A DNA stretch of 64,000 nt from Selaginella moellendorffii (GCF_000143415.4 NW_003314330.1:960089-1024088), one strand, 5' to 3'. Shown: positions 1 through 12,856, counted from the stretch's first letter. Numbers and translations are program-made. Notes: generated from the letters alone by a model not told the origin.

Positions 1-506
1 AGATCTTTGATGCAATGCCGGAGCAAGACGTGGTTTCGTGGACGGCGCTTGTGGCTCTGTATTCGCACAAAGAGCAAAAGTTTGCAGACGCGTTCGAGCA
101 ATTTGGAAGAATTGGATTGGAAGGTGGCAGTCCTGACCTTGACTGCTTCACTTGCATCTTAAACGGAAGCAGTCACGCCGGCGATCCAGAGCTCGGCCGC
201 TCGTACTTTTGTTCCATGTCCGCTGACTTCGGTTTGCAACCAAACAAGCTGCACCACGGCTGCATGATCGATCTCTTGGCTCGCTCCGGACACCTTGGAG
301 CCGCGCAAGAACTTATCTCCACCATGCCGTTCCTTCCGGATGCTCACGACTGGACTTGTTTCATGACGGCTTGCAAGAAACACCGGGACCTCGATGCTGC
401 TGCGGGCGCTGCCCAACTAGCTCTCAAGAACGAAGCAAGGGACGCTGGGCCTTACGTGCTGCTCGCAAACATCTTCCGGGGAGATTCGAAGCCGACTGTC
501 GAGTGA
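1..506 (+). CDS. PLS-class PPR protein, C-terminal part with E domain (5' end outside window)
   Basis: MPEQDVVSWTAL, HHGCMIDLLARSGHL, MPFLPDAHDWTCFMTACKKH and GPYVLLANIF are PLS/E-domain PPR motifs. Confidence 0.85.
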   Translation, partial: IFDAMPEQDVVSWTALVALYSHKEQKFADAFEQFGRIGLEGGSPDLDCFTCILNGSSHAGDPELGRSYFCSMSADFGLQPNKLHHGCMIDLLARSGHLGAAQELISTMPFLPDAHDWTCFMTACKKHRDLDAAAGAAQLALKNEARDAGPYVLLANIFRGDSKPTVE

Positions 507-559
507 GCTCGATCTTTCCCATCTTCCAGAGCTTCATCGAGATGTTCTTCGCTAAACTT

Positions 560-755
560 GGTAGCTGTGGCGGGCCGGAAGCATGGTGCATGGAATTTGT
601 CAAACACCATCTTGCTTCTCAAAGGTGTTCATGGCAACCTGTTTCTCCTGACGGACCACTTCCAAGCATGCAGATCCTGGATTTCTACGGTACCAGCCGA
701 ATTCGCAGCGGGAGATCCATCTGCCCAGCACGATAGCACAAGCTATTCGTGCCTT
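560..755 (-). pseudogene. Degenerate duplicate of the 3' end of the UVR/SnoaL gene
   Basis: Aligns by eye with 3420-3660 (gaagcatggtgcatg...caccatcttg...accacttccaagca...cgcagcggga) with indels. Confidence 0.7.
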
Positions 756-1439
756 GCAGGATAACGAAATCTGTAGTGACTAATATCTTTTAAGGCACAC
801 GAAATCAGCTTGAGAAGGTGATGAAGATAAGAAAAATAAAATTCTTAAATGGTGCATGCTACGTTTTTTAGGGCCACGGCCATCTCGCAGCAGTTATCAA
901 AAGTCTTTGTTGCCGCGGCTTGAAGAATTGGTTAGTGGTGGGTGGCATCATCCACCACTCGGAGAAGAGATCAGTTGCTGCAATTCAAAAAAAAAAGAAA
1001 ATTTTCTTGATTTTACTATGTTTAATTTGTTAGCAATGGTAAGGCATCAAATAAGTTTGTCATAATCTCTTCTTTGGTTTTAGTGGTACTTTGTGGACTA
1101 AAAGAAAAGTGCTAGAGCTTATTTTGGTTTTCCTTTTGTGAGTTCTTCAGTGGTGGAGATGACATTAGCACAAAACTGCTTCGCTTTTATTTTTATTTAC
1201 TCTTTTTATGTTCTATATTCTTGTGATTAGTAGATTTTTGTCATTGAAACATTGGAAGATAGTTCTCTTACAAGGCACAAATAGCTTGTGATATGACGTC
1301 TACATGGGGAAATCCACCTCCACCTCCCAGTGCTTGGAGGCTGGTGCAACGTCCACGTGGCAAATTTGCCCTTGACAAATACTTATTTCTGGAAGATAAG
1401 TTTAGAAGTTGGCGGGGCTTCCTCTTTGCATACTTCGGA

Positions 1440-1750
1440 GCCTGTATATCAACGAGGAACTCGTTTCTCAATGTGGTGAGTGCCAGTGGGTGATGATCCG
1501 ATTTGGAGCTGGAAGTCCGCTATCGTTTGGAGTGTTGCCTCATCTCCGATCACGTAGTCTGGTATGCTACGTTGAGTTTAGTCCTGCATCACTCCTTGCC
1601 CAGACCCGTGATCGGTGTGTGTAGAAGCTGGTAGTCCCGTTGAAGATCTTCAATCTCCATCTTTTCGCAGAACTCCAGCAGTTTTCACCCAGTATCTGCG
1701 TCATAACGATCTTCTGACTGTCAAACAACTAGCCATGCGTGCTGTCGGTC
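1440..1750 (-). mobile_element. Remnant of a non-LTR (LINE/RTE-type) AP-endonuclease domain
   Basis: Minus-strand frames give KLLEFCEKM, LKIFNGT, SIPDYVIGD and SDHHPLALT in the order of APE motifs, separated by frameshifts. Confidence 0.55.
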
Positions 1751-1854
1751 CAGCCCTCCCATATGCCTGTATAAACTTAGTTCCAACACTTGCAAACTCA
1801 CAAGGAAGCAAGGTATAAAACTGTGCTTTCTACATTTCTCTACTCTACTTTTTT

Positions 1855-2655
1855 CTTCCTTTATCCAACCTATCCCCTGATTTGCGTCGCATTCCAAATC
1901 TGGTACTACGAAAAATGAGCTTTGTGCAATGGCCTGTCCACGAAACTTAGGCCTTTGCTCTTATCTTTCATCCTGATGCATTGTATACGTCTCTACTTCA
2001 AGGTTACTCGGCACCGATGCAGATTTACACACACCTTCCGACTAATCCAACTGATAATTCCACACGCAAGCCTCGCAGTTTCATTTCTCTCAACTCCTGC
2101 GTTTCAATGCTCTACACTTACATGATAACCAATTCCTCAGCAACTGGGTTCGTTATTTTATGAAGTGAAATTGCTCAGCGATGGCTTTAGAGGACTTATG
2201 CCGTTTCCATTCGACAGCAGCCTGGGTGGAGCGAAAGCAGCTCCGGACTACTTCAACAGGCATAATCAGGCTTCTCCAGAGCAATTTGTAACTACTTCCC
2301 TTCGAAGGTTCTCACTCTTCCGAAATCCCTGTCTCAGCTCCAAAGCGACACTTCCTGTGACTTTGTGGTGGAGCTAGTCTTGAACAGACCGGGCGTAGAG
2401 CATCGTGGAAACAATCAAACAAAATGAACAGTACGTGCTTGCCAGTTAACCTGAAAGAGTGTTTTATTGAAAGAGTCTCTGACAGGTCGTACCTAAACGC
2501 TTGTTCCTGGACAATGAGAGCTCACCTCGTCTCCACCGCGCGTTTTTTATTCCCTGGGCATGGCAAAGTAAGAACTCCTTCGGCACTTACAGGCTCCCCA
2601 TATGCAATGTGGTCGAGTAAACAATCAAAGCACAGGCGAATTAACGTGATTTTTA
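1855..2655 (+). pseudogene. Inverted, intron-containing duplicate of the 3' half of ALG9
   Basis: Reverse complement of about 57610-58465 (YPTYP, LLQGYSAPMQIY, GFRGLMPFPFD, CDFVVEL, HRAFFIPWAWQ). Introns and 3' UTR retained. Has indels and a TGG>TGA stop near 2425. Confidence 0.85.
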
Positions 2656-3149
2656 ACTTTCTATGATCTTATATTACCATCGAACGATGCAAAATCAAAT
2701 ATTGTGGCCCGACAAAGATCTGGCCGTGTGGAACTCACGACGGCAATTTGGAAGAACTCGATCACCTCCTTTCGCTAATGCCTCAGTCTCGTGGACTGCT
2801 TTGGATGAAATGCCGAGCTGGAACTGCATAGATTGCTTGCTTCTTAATCTTGCGACGAGACGAGAGTGAACGGGAAAAAGCTAGTGGACTTGCCTCCATG
2901 CTTCCAGTGGATCTCACTCCCAATGACCGGGACAGCGCGCGTCGCCACCTTCTCGCTCGCGGAGCTCCAGACTTTCGGATCCAGCACGCCCATCAAATTC
3001 CCCAAGGTAAAGTTCTCATTTTTCATGCTTGCCTCTTCTCGTCTAACGTCTATATTGCATCTGACTGCAAAGTTGTGTTCTTGAGCTCCGCAGGACAGAT
3101 CGCTAGTCCGGAGCTGCTCCAGAAGATGCTGGCGATGAGTTCGACTGCC

Positions 3150-3365
3150 TGATCTTTTGCTCCGTGTCTGCCAACTTTGGTTTGCAACCAAACAAGCTGC
3201 TTTGGCTCGCTCCAGAACAGCGCAGCGTTCCGGATGCTCATGCTCATGACGAAACGGCAAGACCTGGATGCTGCTGCAGCCGCTGCCCAACCAGCTCTCA
3301 AGAACGCGACAACCTTACGTGCCTGGATTCCAGTTCGATCTTCCCCATCTTCTAGAGCTGCGTCG
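3150..3365 (+). pseudogene. Degenerate duplicate of the PPR 3' end found at 210-530
   Basis: tttggtttgcaaccaaacaagctg and gctgcccaaccagctctcaagaacg match 228-440 with deletions. Confidence 0.7.
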
Positions 3366-3411
3366 AGTTTCTCGGAAAAAGAAGTTTTTGTAGATTTTCT
3401 TCGAAGAAAAT

Positions 3412-4133
3412 CTAGCTGTCGGGGGCTGGAGAAGCATGGTGCATGCAAATTTGCCACACACCATCTTGCCTCTCAAAGACGTTCGTTGCAACCTGTTTCC
3501 CCCAGCTCGTCCCCGACCGCACCACTTCCAAGCACGTAACATATCCCAAGTCTCCCCTCACACGGACTTCCACATGTTCCAGACGAATCCGCAGCGGGAA
3601 ATCCACCTCCGGTCCCAGCATCACTTCCCAGCTCGATATCACAAGCTCGTGGCCGGAGATTCGTCCGGCGCCAGGATGAACACAGTGTACGTTGTCGCCT
3701 TTCTTCCACATCTTGCGCATTGTTGCCAGGTCCCCTTGCTCAAAAGCTCTGTAGAAGCGAGCGTTGGCTTCGAGCACGCCGGTAACACCATCCTGTTGGA
3801 CGCCCCGCAGCCTGTCACGTACAATCGCGGCCTTGGCATAATCCTCGGACTGTATAGCTTGCTGCAGCTCCGCTTCTAGTGCGTGCTCGTCGTCTAGCAA
3901 CCAGTCTTTGCGCATTCCAGTAGTTGGGTCTTCTTTCGCGCATCTCACCATCACTCTCCTTTTGGAAACGGCACTGCACGTAACAAAAAGTTTGCATTTC
4001 TTGTCACTTCGTAGCAAAACAAAAAGACGAACCTTTGGAAATGGGAAGCCGGCTTAAAAGCACGGCACCTCCTGTCCGGGATGACTCTCGAGCACACCGG
4101 AAACATCACCGCCGCCATGGCTCTCCACTCCAT
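3412..4133 (-). CDS. Plastid-targeted UVR (UvrB/C) motif plus SnoaL/NTF2-like domain protein, 2 exons
   Basis: ELQQAIQSEDYAKAAIVRDRL (UVR); ANARFYRAFEQGDLATMRKMW...CVHPG...ATNVFER...WQICMHHAS (SnoaL_3). Transit-peptide-like first exon, intron about 4033-3976. Confidence 0.85.
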
Positions 4134-4192
4134 CACTGAATTGAAGCGCTAAAACCCTAGAGCTACTGTTGCTCTGGCTCCCGCAATCTTAT

Positions 4193-6093
4193 CTACTTCC
4201 TTGCCTTGGATTTTTTTAGTGCAGCTTCTCTATCAGCAGCCTGCTTCGCAATTCTCTCGGCCCTTTCCCTCCTCTCTTTTTTCTTCTTTTCTTCCTTGCT
4301 CATTTGCTGCACAAAAGAAATTCGTGAAGTCCACTCGAAAGGCGAAAGGAAAAAGCAATTTTCCTTACCTCCACGGGCTTCGCTTTCTCAACCGGCTTCG
4401 CAACGGCCGGCTTTGGAGGTTCTACTTTCGGCTTGGACAACGTCTTCACGTAGTTTTCGATCTTTTGTCTCGTGAGGTCTTGAATCTGCAAGACAGCATA
4501 GTTGAAGGGAAGTATAATCTCAAGGATAACTTACCGTGAGTTCTCGCCATTCGGCTGCCCAAGCTTCATCAGAAACCTCATTCACGATCTCGGCCTGCGC
4601 TTTGAGAAGCACGTCCCGTTCTTCTTTCTTCTTTGGATCTTTCAAGTCGTCTTCTGACCAGTCTGATTCTTTGAGTGGGTATTTGAGAGGCACCTTCCAG
4701 TCAGCAGGGCGTTGTGGCATTATCATGCTGTCAACTTCCGCTTCTACTGCTCTTCGAGCCTTGTAATAAGAAACATTTTTCACAACAGCAGGATCTTCCA
4801 GCGTTTCAACAGGATCTGTAGTGACTAAAACCTGCAAAGTCACAAGGAATCAGCTCGAGGAAACATAAAAAGAGAAAATAAGAATAAAAGGAAAGCAGAG
4901 ACCTGCTGCATCGATTCCCATCCAGGCTCTTGGTTCCCAACAGCCTTTTGTGCTAATCTGTTGCGTCTCCACTCCTGCATGTAATAGTAGCATTTCTCTT
5001 AGCACTGAACAACTCAGAAAAGCAGAACAGACCTCATAGTTCCACCACATTTCCTTCTTCATATCTTCATCCATTCGGTAACCCCCTTCTAGTTCCGGAC
5101 GCGTGAAAAGAAAGAACTCCGCAGTTGCGGGGTCTTCGCAGCTTTCTAAGATAGCCTGCATAGATCCAGCGCGAATATCATGGCAAGAACAAGCATCATT
5201 ACTTACTTCATTCGGAACGTTCAATTTCTTGTAAGCATTTAGTGCTTTTGTCGAGGAGTTTATAAGCTGCGTACATAATAAACTAAGTGTTTGTCAAAAT
5301 CAAGTATGCCTTACTTTATCGGCGTGAAAGCCAGGTCTCCAAGCATTTCCATTGCACTCGGTACACTTCATTACTCCCTGCAACCAGGCGAAACTTCAAA
5401 GTTAACAGAGTTGGAAAAGATAAATAGAACAAAGGAGAGATCTCATACTGTTCCAGAACAAGTCGTACAGTCTTTTGAAGGCAGAGTGTAGCCAACGTCC
5501 GCGCTAGCTGAGGTAGTTCTAAGTTGCGCACGTCCATCCACAACTGATTTGGCAGCACTTTCAGCTGTCGAGCTTTCTCCTCTAATGGTTAAAGAAGAAT
5601 TAAACAAGGAACCTCGCTATCTAGCAAAAAAAGGGAGAGAAAACGTACCCTTCCAACCCTGGATTCACGATAAGGTACTGGATTTTCCCGGTGCCTCTAC
5701 ATGACGTGCATCGAATCCCTTCCCAGCCATTACAAGTGTTGCATTCTCTATGGAGGCAAAAGAAGAAATGCAAACGGTTTAGAGCTCCGCGAGAACGAAC
5801 TTACTTTTTTCCGTAGAATTTCCTCATCACATCCAGCACAAGGCAGGCATTCCCAGCAACTGCACATCCCTGGGAGAGCCACGAAATAGATAAATGCGAG
5901 GCAATGCAATGCACAAAAAGCTCACCGCAACGCTCCACCCGGCCACATCCGTGACGAGCTTCGGCACGCCAAATCCCGACTCGGCGAATTCCTTGGCGCT
6001 GCAAGCGAAGTGGAAGGCCGTGAATGCGACGAGATCGGCCACCACGACGGCGCGCTTCACGACCGTCGCCATCGCCTGCTTGACGCCCTCCAT
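4193..6093 (-). CDS. EMB2737: EMB2737-like plastid protein with DnaJ-type CxxCxGxG zinc fingers, multi-exon
   Basis: GFGVPKL, CNTCNGWEGIRCTSCRGTG, PSKDCTTCSGT, KEMWWNYE, EDPAVVKNVSYYKARRAVEAEV and WSEDDLKDP match my recollection of Arabidopsis At5g53860. Confidence 0.8.
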
Positions 6094-6227
6094 TTCTCCC
6101 CTATCCGCATAAACCCTAAACCCACATTGGAATTTTTCTTTACCCTTTCTTTCACTCTCTTAAAGGGATTGTTTCCTTTAACTATTTCCTTTAAACATCC
6201 GCATGAAACAATAACTATATAGCGCTT

Positions 6228-7632
6228 TCAGTGTGTACAGTTCTTTGGAAGATTTCTTATAACGTTGTTCTTGAGCCCCAGCTTCGTTCTCATGGCCTCC
6301 AGTCTCACTGCTGGAAGGTGGCTCGTCTCTTTGCGACTGACGAACGATCGCTGGCTTTGTCGAGTTGCCAATCCCATGCTTCGATACCTGCGATAATGGA
6401 AGCTATGGAGAAGAGATTGTGTTTTTCCTAAAGAGTACCTTGAGACGAGAGCACGAACAGCGCTAGCACTGCCACCGGTGCTGCGATCTTCCACAGGCCT
6501 GGGCCTTTGCTTGTAGTAGCGATGAAACTCTCGAGAGCCAATCGTTTTGGTGGCCACGCCATCCTCCGAGGATTTGAGGACGAGCTCGTAGCCGCCAGTA
6601 GAGAGCGAAATAGGAGACTCGTCCTCTTGATCAACAGCCATGAGCTCTCCTCCACCTTCCTCGTAGCTGGAGAAATGCATCCAGGCTCAAAACCGAAACA
6701 CATGAAATACAAATCTTCCACAAACCTTCTGCTATAGTCGTAAAAGTCTTCGAGCTCTTCCTCGGCACCGCCATCGCCCTCACCGTAACGAAGCTTGCAG
6801 TGGCTCTTTGCGATCATGTGTTTCCTCACAGCCTCGAGGCTCTGGAATTGCTTCCCGCTTTCGTCGCAGTAGAGGCACATAAATCCTTTGGTGACCTGAC
6901 ATGAAGAACAAAGAACAATCAAAACAAAGTTTTGAGAACGTTGGTCTACCTTGGAACCGAGATAGCTCAGCAATCCCGTCGCGTCTTTCAAGTACTCGGC
7001 ATCCGGGATGAAAAATCCATGCACCCTGTGCATGTGTTCCACGCAGCCTTCCAGAGTTTGATCCGGCTCAGCGTCGCAGATGAAGCACTGTGCTGGATTC
7101 CAATCCGTGTCGGTGATGGCGGCAGTGGTGGCGGTGCCATTGTCTTCCTCATCCGTGAAAGACTGGATATCTACGTCGCCATCGTCCACTTCCTCCCACT
7201 CGTCCTCACTTTCCTCCTCTTTCTCCAAGCTCTTCTTACTTCCATCCATGGACGGAGATCGAGCAGGACGAACAACCGCAGTAGCGTCGCGACCATCGCC
7301 GGCTCTACTCAAATGGAGCTTGGATTTGAGGTGCTGCTCGTGCGCATTGACGGTGGAGTAGGACTTGTTGCAAGTAGCGCAAGTGTAAATCATCCGGGCT
7401 TCTTGGGTGTTCTTCTCAGCTGCCAGAAGCTCCAGCCGGAGATTGAAGAGCTTCTCGGAGACGCCGGGAATCCCAGCAACCTATCGGCAATCCAGAGAAA
7501 AGAATCACTCTCAAAACCCTCGACTTCGATCCATACCTTGCGCTTGAGATTGTGCCGGTGCCACTCCGATCGATAGTGCGCCCGCTGCTCCCCCTCATCC
7601 AAATCCGCGTTGCAGGCGTTGCAGCGATACAT
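6228..7632 (-). CDS. REIL: REI1-like (ZNF622) cytoplasmic 60S biogenesis zinc-finger protein
   Basis: CNACN...QRAHYRSEWHRHNLKRK, CATCNKSY...HLKSKLH, HGFFIPDAEYL, EAVRKHMIAKSHCKL, GSREFHRYYKQ. Confidence 0.92.
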
Positions 7633-7954
7633 GATCCCTCTCCTCCTCTCGATCGAGCGACGAAACCCTCGCGCGAAGAATGCGAAGAGAGAGTGAAATA
7701 AAAGAGGAGCTAGGGCTTGGGAATTGAGAGTTAGGGTTAATTTAGGGAGGGAGGGATTCTAGGAAGCGCCCGACAGGACACACCAGGTAAGCGCCACTCC
7801 ACCGATCTCGCGCTACTCGCTCGTCTCGGCTCCTCGTCCCAGCGATCGAGGCGCCGGCGCCGGCGCCGGCGAGCGCGCCATTCCAATCCGGCTGACGAGA
7901 TCTCCCACCATCGCTGGGGTTTTTGCAGGCTCGCGAAATTTTGGTAGTGAGGGG
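7633..7954. promoter_or_regulatory. Short divergent promoter region with telo-box-like motifs
   Basis: Head-to-head REIL and RRM genes are 322 bp apart; ttagggtt near 7731 and aaaccct near 7663. Confidence 0.5.
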
Positions 7955-9508
7955 ATGGAATCCGACCAGGGGAAGCTTTTCATAGGAGGCATTTCGTGGG
8001 AGACGACAGAGGAGCAGCTTAGAGACTACTTCCAGAGATACGGGGAGATTGCGGAGACGATGATCATGAAGGACAGGAACACTGGGCGAGCTCGAGGATT
8101 CGGCTTCGTTTCCTTTGCGGATCCATCGGCCGCGGACATGGCAGTCGCCGAGAAGCACACGATCAATGGCAGACTGGTAAGCTCACTCGCTCTCTCCTAG
8201 AACAAAATTTTTCTAGGACTTTGGGTTTTAGTCCCTGGTCGGGTCGGGTGAATGTCGTCGTTATAACTAGTGCTAGTTGTGTCTGTCCCTTTTTTTTTCG
8301 ACTCTACATAGGTGGAAGCAAAGAAAGCTGTGCCAAGAGATGAGCAGCAGACTATTCCTAGGAGCAGCATCAGTAGCGGTGGCCAGAGTCCAGGGGGTGG
8401 TCAGGGTAGGACAAAAAAGATTTTTGTGGGTGGCTTAGCGTCAACTGTCACAGAAGAGGAGTTTCGAGGATATTTTGAGCAATTTGGTACTATTTCAGAT
8501 GCAGTGGTCATGTATGATCACACCACGCAGCGGCCCAGGGGATTCGGCTTCATCACTTTCGACTCCGAGGACTCGGTCGAAGCGGTGCTCATGAAGTCGT
8601 TCCACGAGCTGAAAGACAAGATGGTTGAAGTGAAGCGGGCAGTTCCAAGGGACCAGTCCACCCCGAGCGTGAAGCCGATCAACACACTGGCCGGGATGGG
8701 AAGAGCTTACGGACAGGGATACCCGAGCCCGCAGATATACGGTGGCCGTCCGGATGGAAGATTTGGAGCAGTGCCTGCGAGAGGCGCTTATCCTTATCCC
8801 GCCGGTGGCTATCCAGGCTACGCAGGAGCGGGGTATATGATGAACGGGAGCTACGCAGGTGGATATCCAGGGGGCTACGCTACTGGTGCTGGATATGGCG
8901 GAGCAGCAGGCTATGGAAACGGCGGGGGAAGCAGTCCAGGATATGGAAACAACTTGAGTAGAAGCGCTTGGCCTGGAGCGGCCGGAGGCTATGGAAGCTC
9001 GCAGGGATACGGCGGTGGCGGTGGCGGATATGGAGCGGCGGGGATGTGGGGCTCGGCGACGCAAGCTCAAGGTGGCAGCGGCGGCTATGGTGGCTACTAC
9101 AGTAACGATAATGGCTACGGTTCTAGCGGGGCGGGTTACGGTGGTCGAGGCTATGGTAGCAGTCCTGGAGGGTATGGAAGCACAGGCACAGGGCCAGGGA
9201 GTGGGAGCTATGCGGCAGGGGGTGGTAGCTACAATGGTGGAGGATACGCGGATGGGTATGGAAGCGCGGGGTATGCTGATGGTGGTAACTGGGGTGGCGA
9301 TGGTGGCTACAGTGGTGGCGGTGGTGCCGGAGCCAATGGTAGCTATGACTTGAATGGTGGTAACGGTGGTGAGAATGGTGAAGGTGGCGGGTACGGTGGT
9401 GGGAATGGTAGCACCGGCTATGGTGGCGCTGCGAACCGGCAGTCGTCCCAGAGAGGAGGCGCGGATACTCGCTTCCGTCCTTACCCGGCGACGAGTGACC
9501 GCAGCTAG
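7955..9508 (+). CDS. hnRNP A/B-like RNA-binding protein (2 RRM plus Gly/Tyr-rich tail), 2 exons
   Basis: KLFIGGISW, RGFGFVSF, KIFVGGL and RGFGFITF RNP motifs; intron about 8177-8311; C-terminal RFRPY. Confidence 0.93.
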
Positions 9509-9629
9509 AGAGTGTAGCTAACCTTGGTTTTGTGTAATTTGAGTGTATTGTCGCAGGGCTGCTTTAAAACTAAATAATCTTTTGGAAATCTTTAGTTTCT
9601 ACTTTTATTATCAAAGTAAAAGCTTAGTG

Positions 9630-10145
9630 CTAGATTATACAAGAGTTACGAGTGTAAAACACCAAGTAATAAGTTCCAAGACCTCTGGCACTTAAAATCC
9701 CTATGCTCGATGCAAAGCTGCCAGTTCCACTTATCATTGGAAAAGTAAACATTGATCCAGTTGCAGCTCTTGGGCCAGCAATTCTGAAGGTTCCTGTAAT
9801 TGAACTGTAATTAAGCCTGAAGAAATCATTCAGGAAGTAAGCCCCGTTTTTATAAGATTTCCATAACCACAGGAGAGTTAAATTGTGGGGTAGCAGTGAG
9901 CCTATCTCTAAAAGAAGAGGCATAACCAGCAACCACCACCAAGAACAGCTCCACCCTTAACTTGAGAGGAATTTGTTGGATATCTGACTATTTGCAAATA
10001 AAAAGTAACATTTTGCCTTGCTGAACATGTAGATGCCTGCACTCACTAATAAATATTTTGTTAAAACGAAGCTTCTAGTAATTACCAGAATAGAGGGAGT
10101 GAAAACAGTAAGCAAAACTGAAATGATGAAGATTAGAGATGACAT
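9630..10145 (-). pseudogene. Frameshifted dirigent-like secreted protein gene
   Basis: Signal peptide MSSLIFIISVLLTVF, GT-AG intron, then NVTFYLQ, FRDRLTATPQFNSPVV and FPMISGTGSFASSIG in successive frames. These resemble dirigent motifs. Confidence 0.5.
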
Positions 10146-10425
10146 ATTTCTAAAGTTTTTATTTAAATCTACATAACTTAACTAAATGATTCGATCTGAT
10201 TAGTTTGACTAAAGGTAGAATACTAGTCACTATTATTTTTAATCTTCCAGTTATTTTTAATCTTCCGAACAGTTTGTTAATAGAAAGCCTAAAGTCTAAA
10301 CTATGAAAACTCGCACAAAAATTGATATTTTCCTGTATTGCAATATTCTCGCCCTTCTAAAATGTATGCCTTTAGAACATTTTTCATTGTATAGTTTCCG
10401 TAATGACCTAGAGGTTGCTTGAATC

Positions 10426-12406
10426 TCAAAATATATCATGTGCAAAAAACGTAGGGGTATCAGAGGGCATCTGTTAGATTTTAAAAAGTTAGGACACCAG
10501 AGAGAAACACCATCGAACTTTTTACTTACCTTCTTATCACTTTGTAAGTTGCACTTGAGAGATTGTTCCTCATTTGGATCTAAATCCAAAACATCAAGAA
10601 CGTAACTGTAAGGGTTCAGCTGAACCTGACTGGAATCTACACATCCAGATCCAGCAACGAATGAAACCATCAAACCTATGCCACTTCCTTCTTCGTACCT
10701 TGTTGTTCCTCGGCTTTGATTTGCGAGGTGTTGAGATTTTCCTCCGGAACGAGTGAAGTAGCAGAAGCTCCAGTAGCCAGATAAGACTCTGCAATTCGCT
10801 GCTGGACATTTGCAAGGTGAAACTCAGCAAGCTTCCGCTGAAGAGCTGCTGCAAGTTCTTCTTCGCCTAACGCTCTCGAGATCGCTTGATCTTGCAGATG
10901 GTACTTCAAAGCTGCACGGAAAATCAATCACCGAGAGCGATATCAAACCAAGATTTTTGAAATACCGGTGCTTTGCTGGTGTCGATTGCGATCGAAGTTC
11001 CGGCTTTGCAAAGGCTTCGCGTCTGGATCCGCTTTTCTGCAAAGAAGACCGACAGACACATTTTATACCCCACCACCTTTCGTGAAAAGAAAACGAGAGA
11101 AAAAAGCTTACTTCTCGTTGCCATGTCTGCCTTTCTCTTTGTACGGCTTCACTAGAACACGGGCTCCACATATGTAGTGCGGGTTTCCCTCCGCCAGGAT
11201 TGTCCGTACGGTCTCCGAGTACGTAAAGGTGACGAAGCCAAACATTCTCTTTTGCTGGTAAGGAATCCTCACGTCTTGTACGGGCCCGAAAGAACTGAGC
11301 AATGAAAAGAAAAGAATCATGAATAAAACAATGATGCGATTTTCTTCTCAATCACATACCTGAAGTGTGTAGTAACATCCTCCTCGGAGAAGCCACTCTC
11401 CGCTGGAAAAGTTAGATAGATTTGCCTGGAGCTGGGATTCGCAGCGATCGCGCTCGAGTCTTGTCCATATGCCATAAACTTGTGAGCGTCCTCGGCAAGA
11501 ACAACAGCGTGCTGACCATGAGGCCTGGAAAGATATCAAACACAAAGAGATGAAAGCTTTGATGATTGAGATCGACGAGTTCTCTTGGTATATATACCTG
11601 TCGAGGAGAGTTACTGTAGCTCGCAGCTTGATGAGGAGCTTGGTGAGGCTGTGCCCAGCTTTCCCATGCCTCTGGCTCTCGGTCAAGTATCCATCAGCCT
11701 GCAAGGACTTCCCAAACTTCTCGTGGTAGAGCTGGGGCAGCGACGCGATCGACACGGGCGTTCTCCTCCCGGTGAGAAGCTCACGCAGCTCGGCTTCCAA
11801 TCCAGCCAGAGAATCCACCATCGATGATCCTGTGAGATCGCTGGAAGAACTGGCGGGAGGAGGATTGCTGGCATTGCTGCCACCACTGCTAGTGCTGCTG
11901 TTGCTGATTTTCTCCAGCGATTCATCGCCGGATGATACGTGAAGGAACCGGCACGCGCTACCGTGCTTGCAGTATCCTCTCGCGAAATAGAGGCATGGCT
12001 TCCACGAGGGAGACGAAGGTGACGTGGCATTGACCGCGGCGACGTGGTCAGCGCGCGTCAACTTCTCGAGGTAGCTCGGCCTCTCCCATATGTCGCTCAA
12101 ATCCTGTACCGGGGACTGGCTTCCAAGACCAAGAACTTGCGATCCCTCGGCACCGAGACATGGGATCGAATCGATCGCGAGCGCCTGATCGTCAGCGCTG
12201 CCACCGCCGCTTGAGATCAATCCCAGCTCCTGCTTGGCTCTGGCGACGAATGCCTCCACCACCGAATCGGAGCTGCGAGCCAGCTCAAGCATCTCTTTCT
12301 CGCTAATGTCTTGCAGCAGCAAGTAGCCCATGATCTTGAGCACGTTTGCCGAGTCGAGGCATTGGACGCGCGTGTAGACCGCGCGGCGGGCCTCCTCCAC
12401 ATCCAT
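10426..12406 (-). CDS. CCCH zinc finger plus OST-HTH/LOTUS plus RRM protein (AtC3H18/C3H53-like), multi-exon
   Basis: [85 protein letters not shown]. Confidence 0.9.
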
Positions 12407-12790
12407 CGCGACTGGGGTCGATCAACAAGCGAGAAAGAAGATCCGAGAAAGAAGATCCGAGAAAGCTCAAGAAAAACTTAGCGTTACCTGATGATCGATC
12501 GCTGGAAGAAGACAAATGGAGGCAGGGTCATTCTAGCGAGGACAAAGATCGCCGAGCAAGATTGGAAGGCGCCCCATTCGCGCGATTCACACCATCGCGG
12601 CGAGCATTCTCTCTCTCAGTGAAACCTCAGCTCACTCCAGCGGCGCCGCCCCACCCATCGGTTTCAGCGGCGCCACCACGCCCCGGCGGCGCAACCAAAA
12701 TTAGGCTCTGACTGTCGGCTGCATGTCCGCCGTCGATTGCTCCATCCAACGGCGCTAATCTCAGCGGCGGAGAATATCCGCGTGCCCTGC

Positions 12791-12856
12791 CCAACACGTG
12801 GCGCGATGCGTGGCTAACTAGAATCCCGCCGCGTGGCAATCCAACACGTGGCGCGA
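12791..12856. promoter_or_regulatory. G-box/ABRE cluster: direct repeat ccaacacgtggcgcga x2 plus two further cgtggc
   Basis: Seen directly at 12791-12806 and 12841-12856, between the divergent C3H and PPR genes. Confidence 0.5.

Noticed and set aside
2850-3150. Exon-intron-like fragment between PPR remnants
   Set aside because: Has a plausible donor site but no family could be recognised.
8495-9353. Alternative and antisense ORFs over the Gly-rich RRM gene
   Set aside because: Shadow frames of low-complexity GGN codons.
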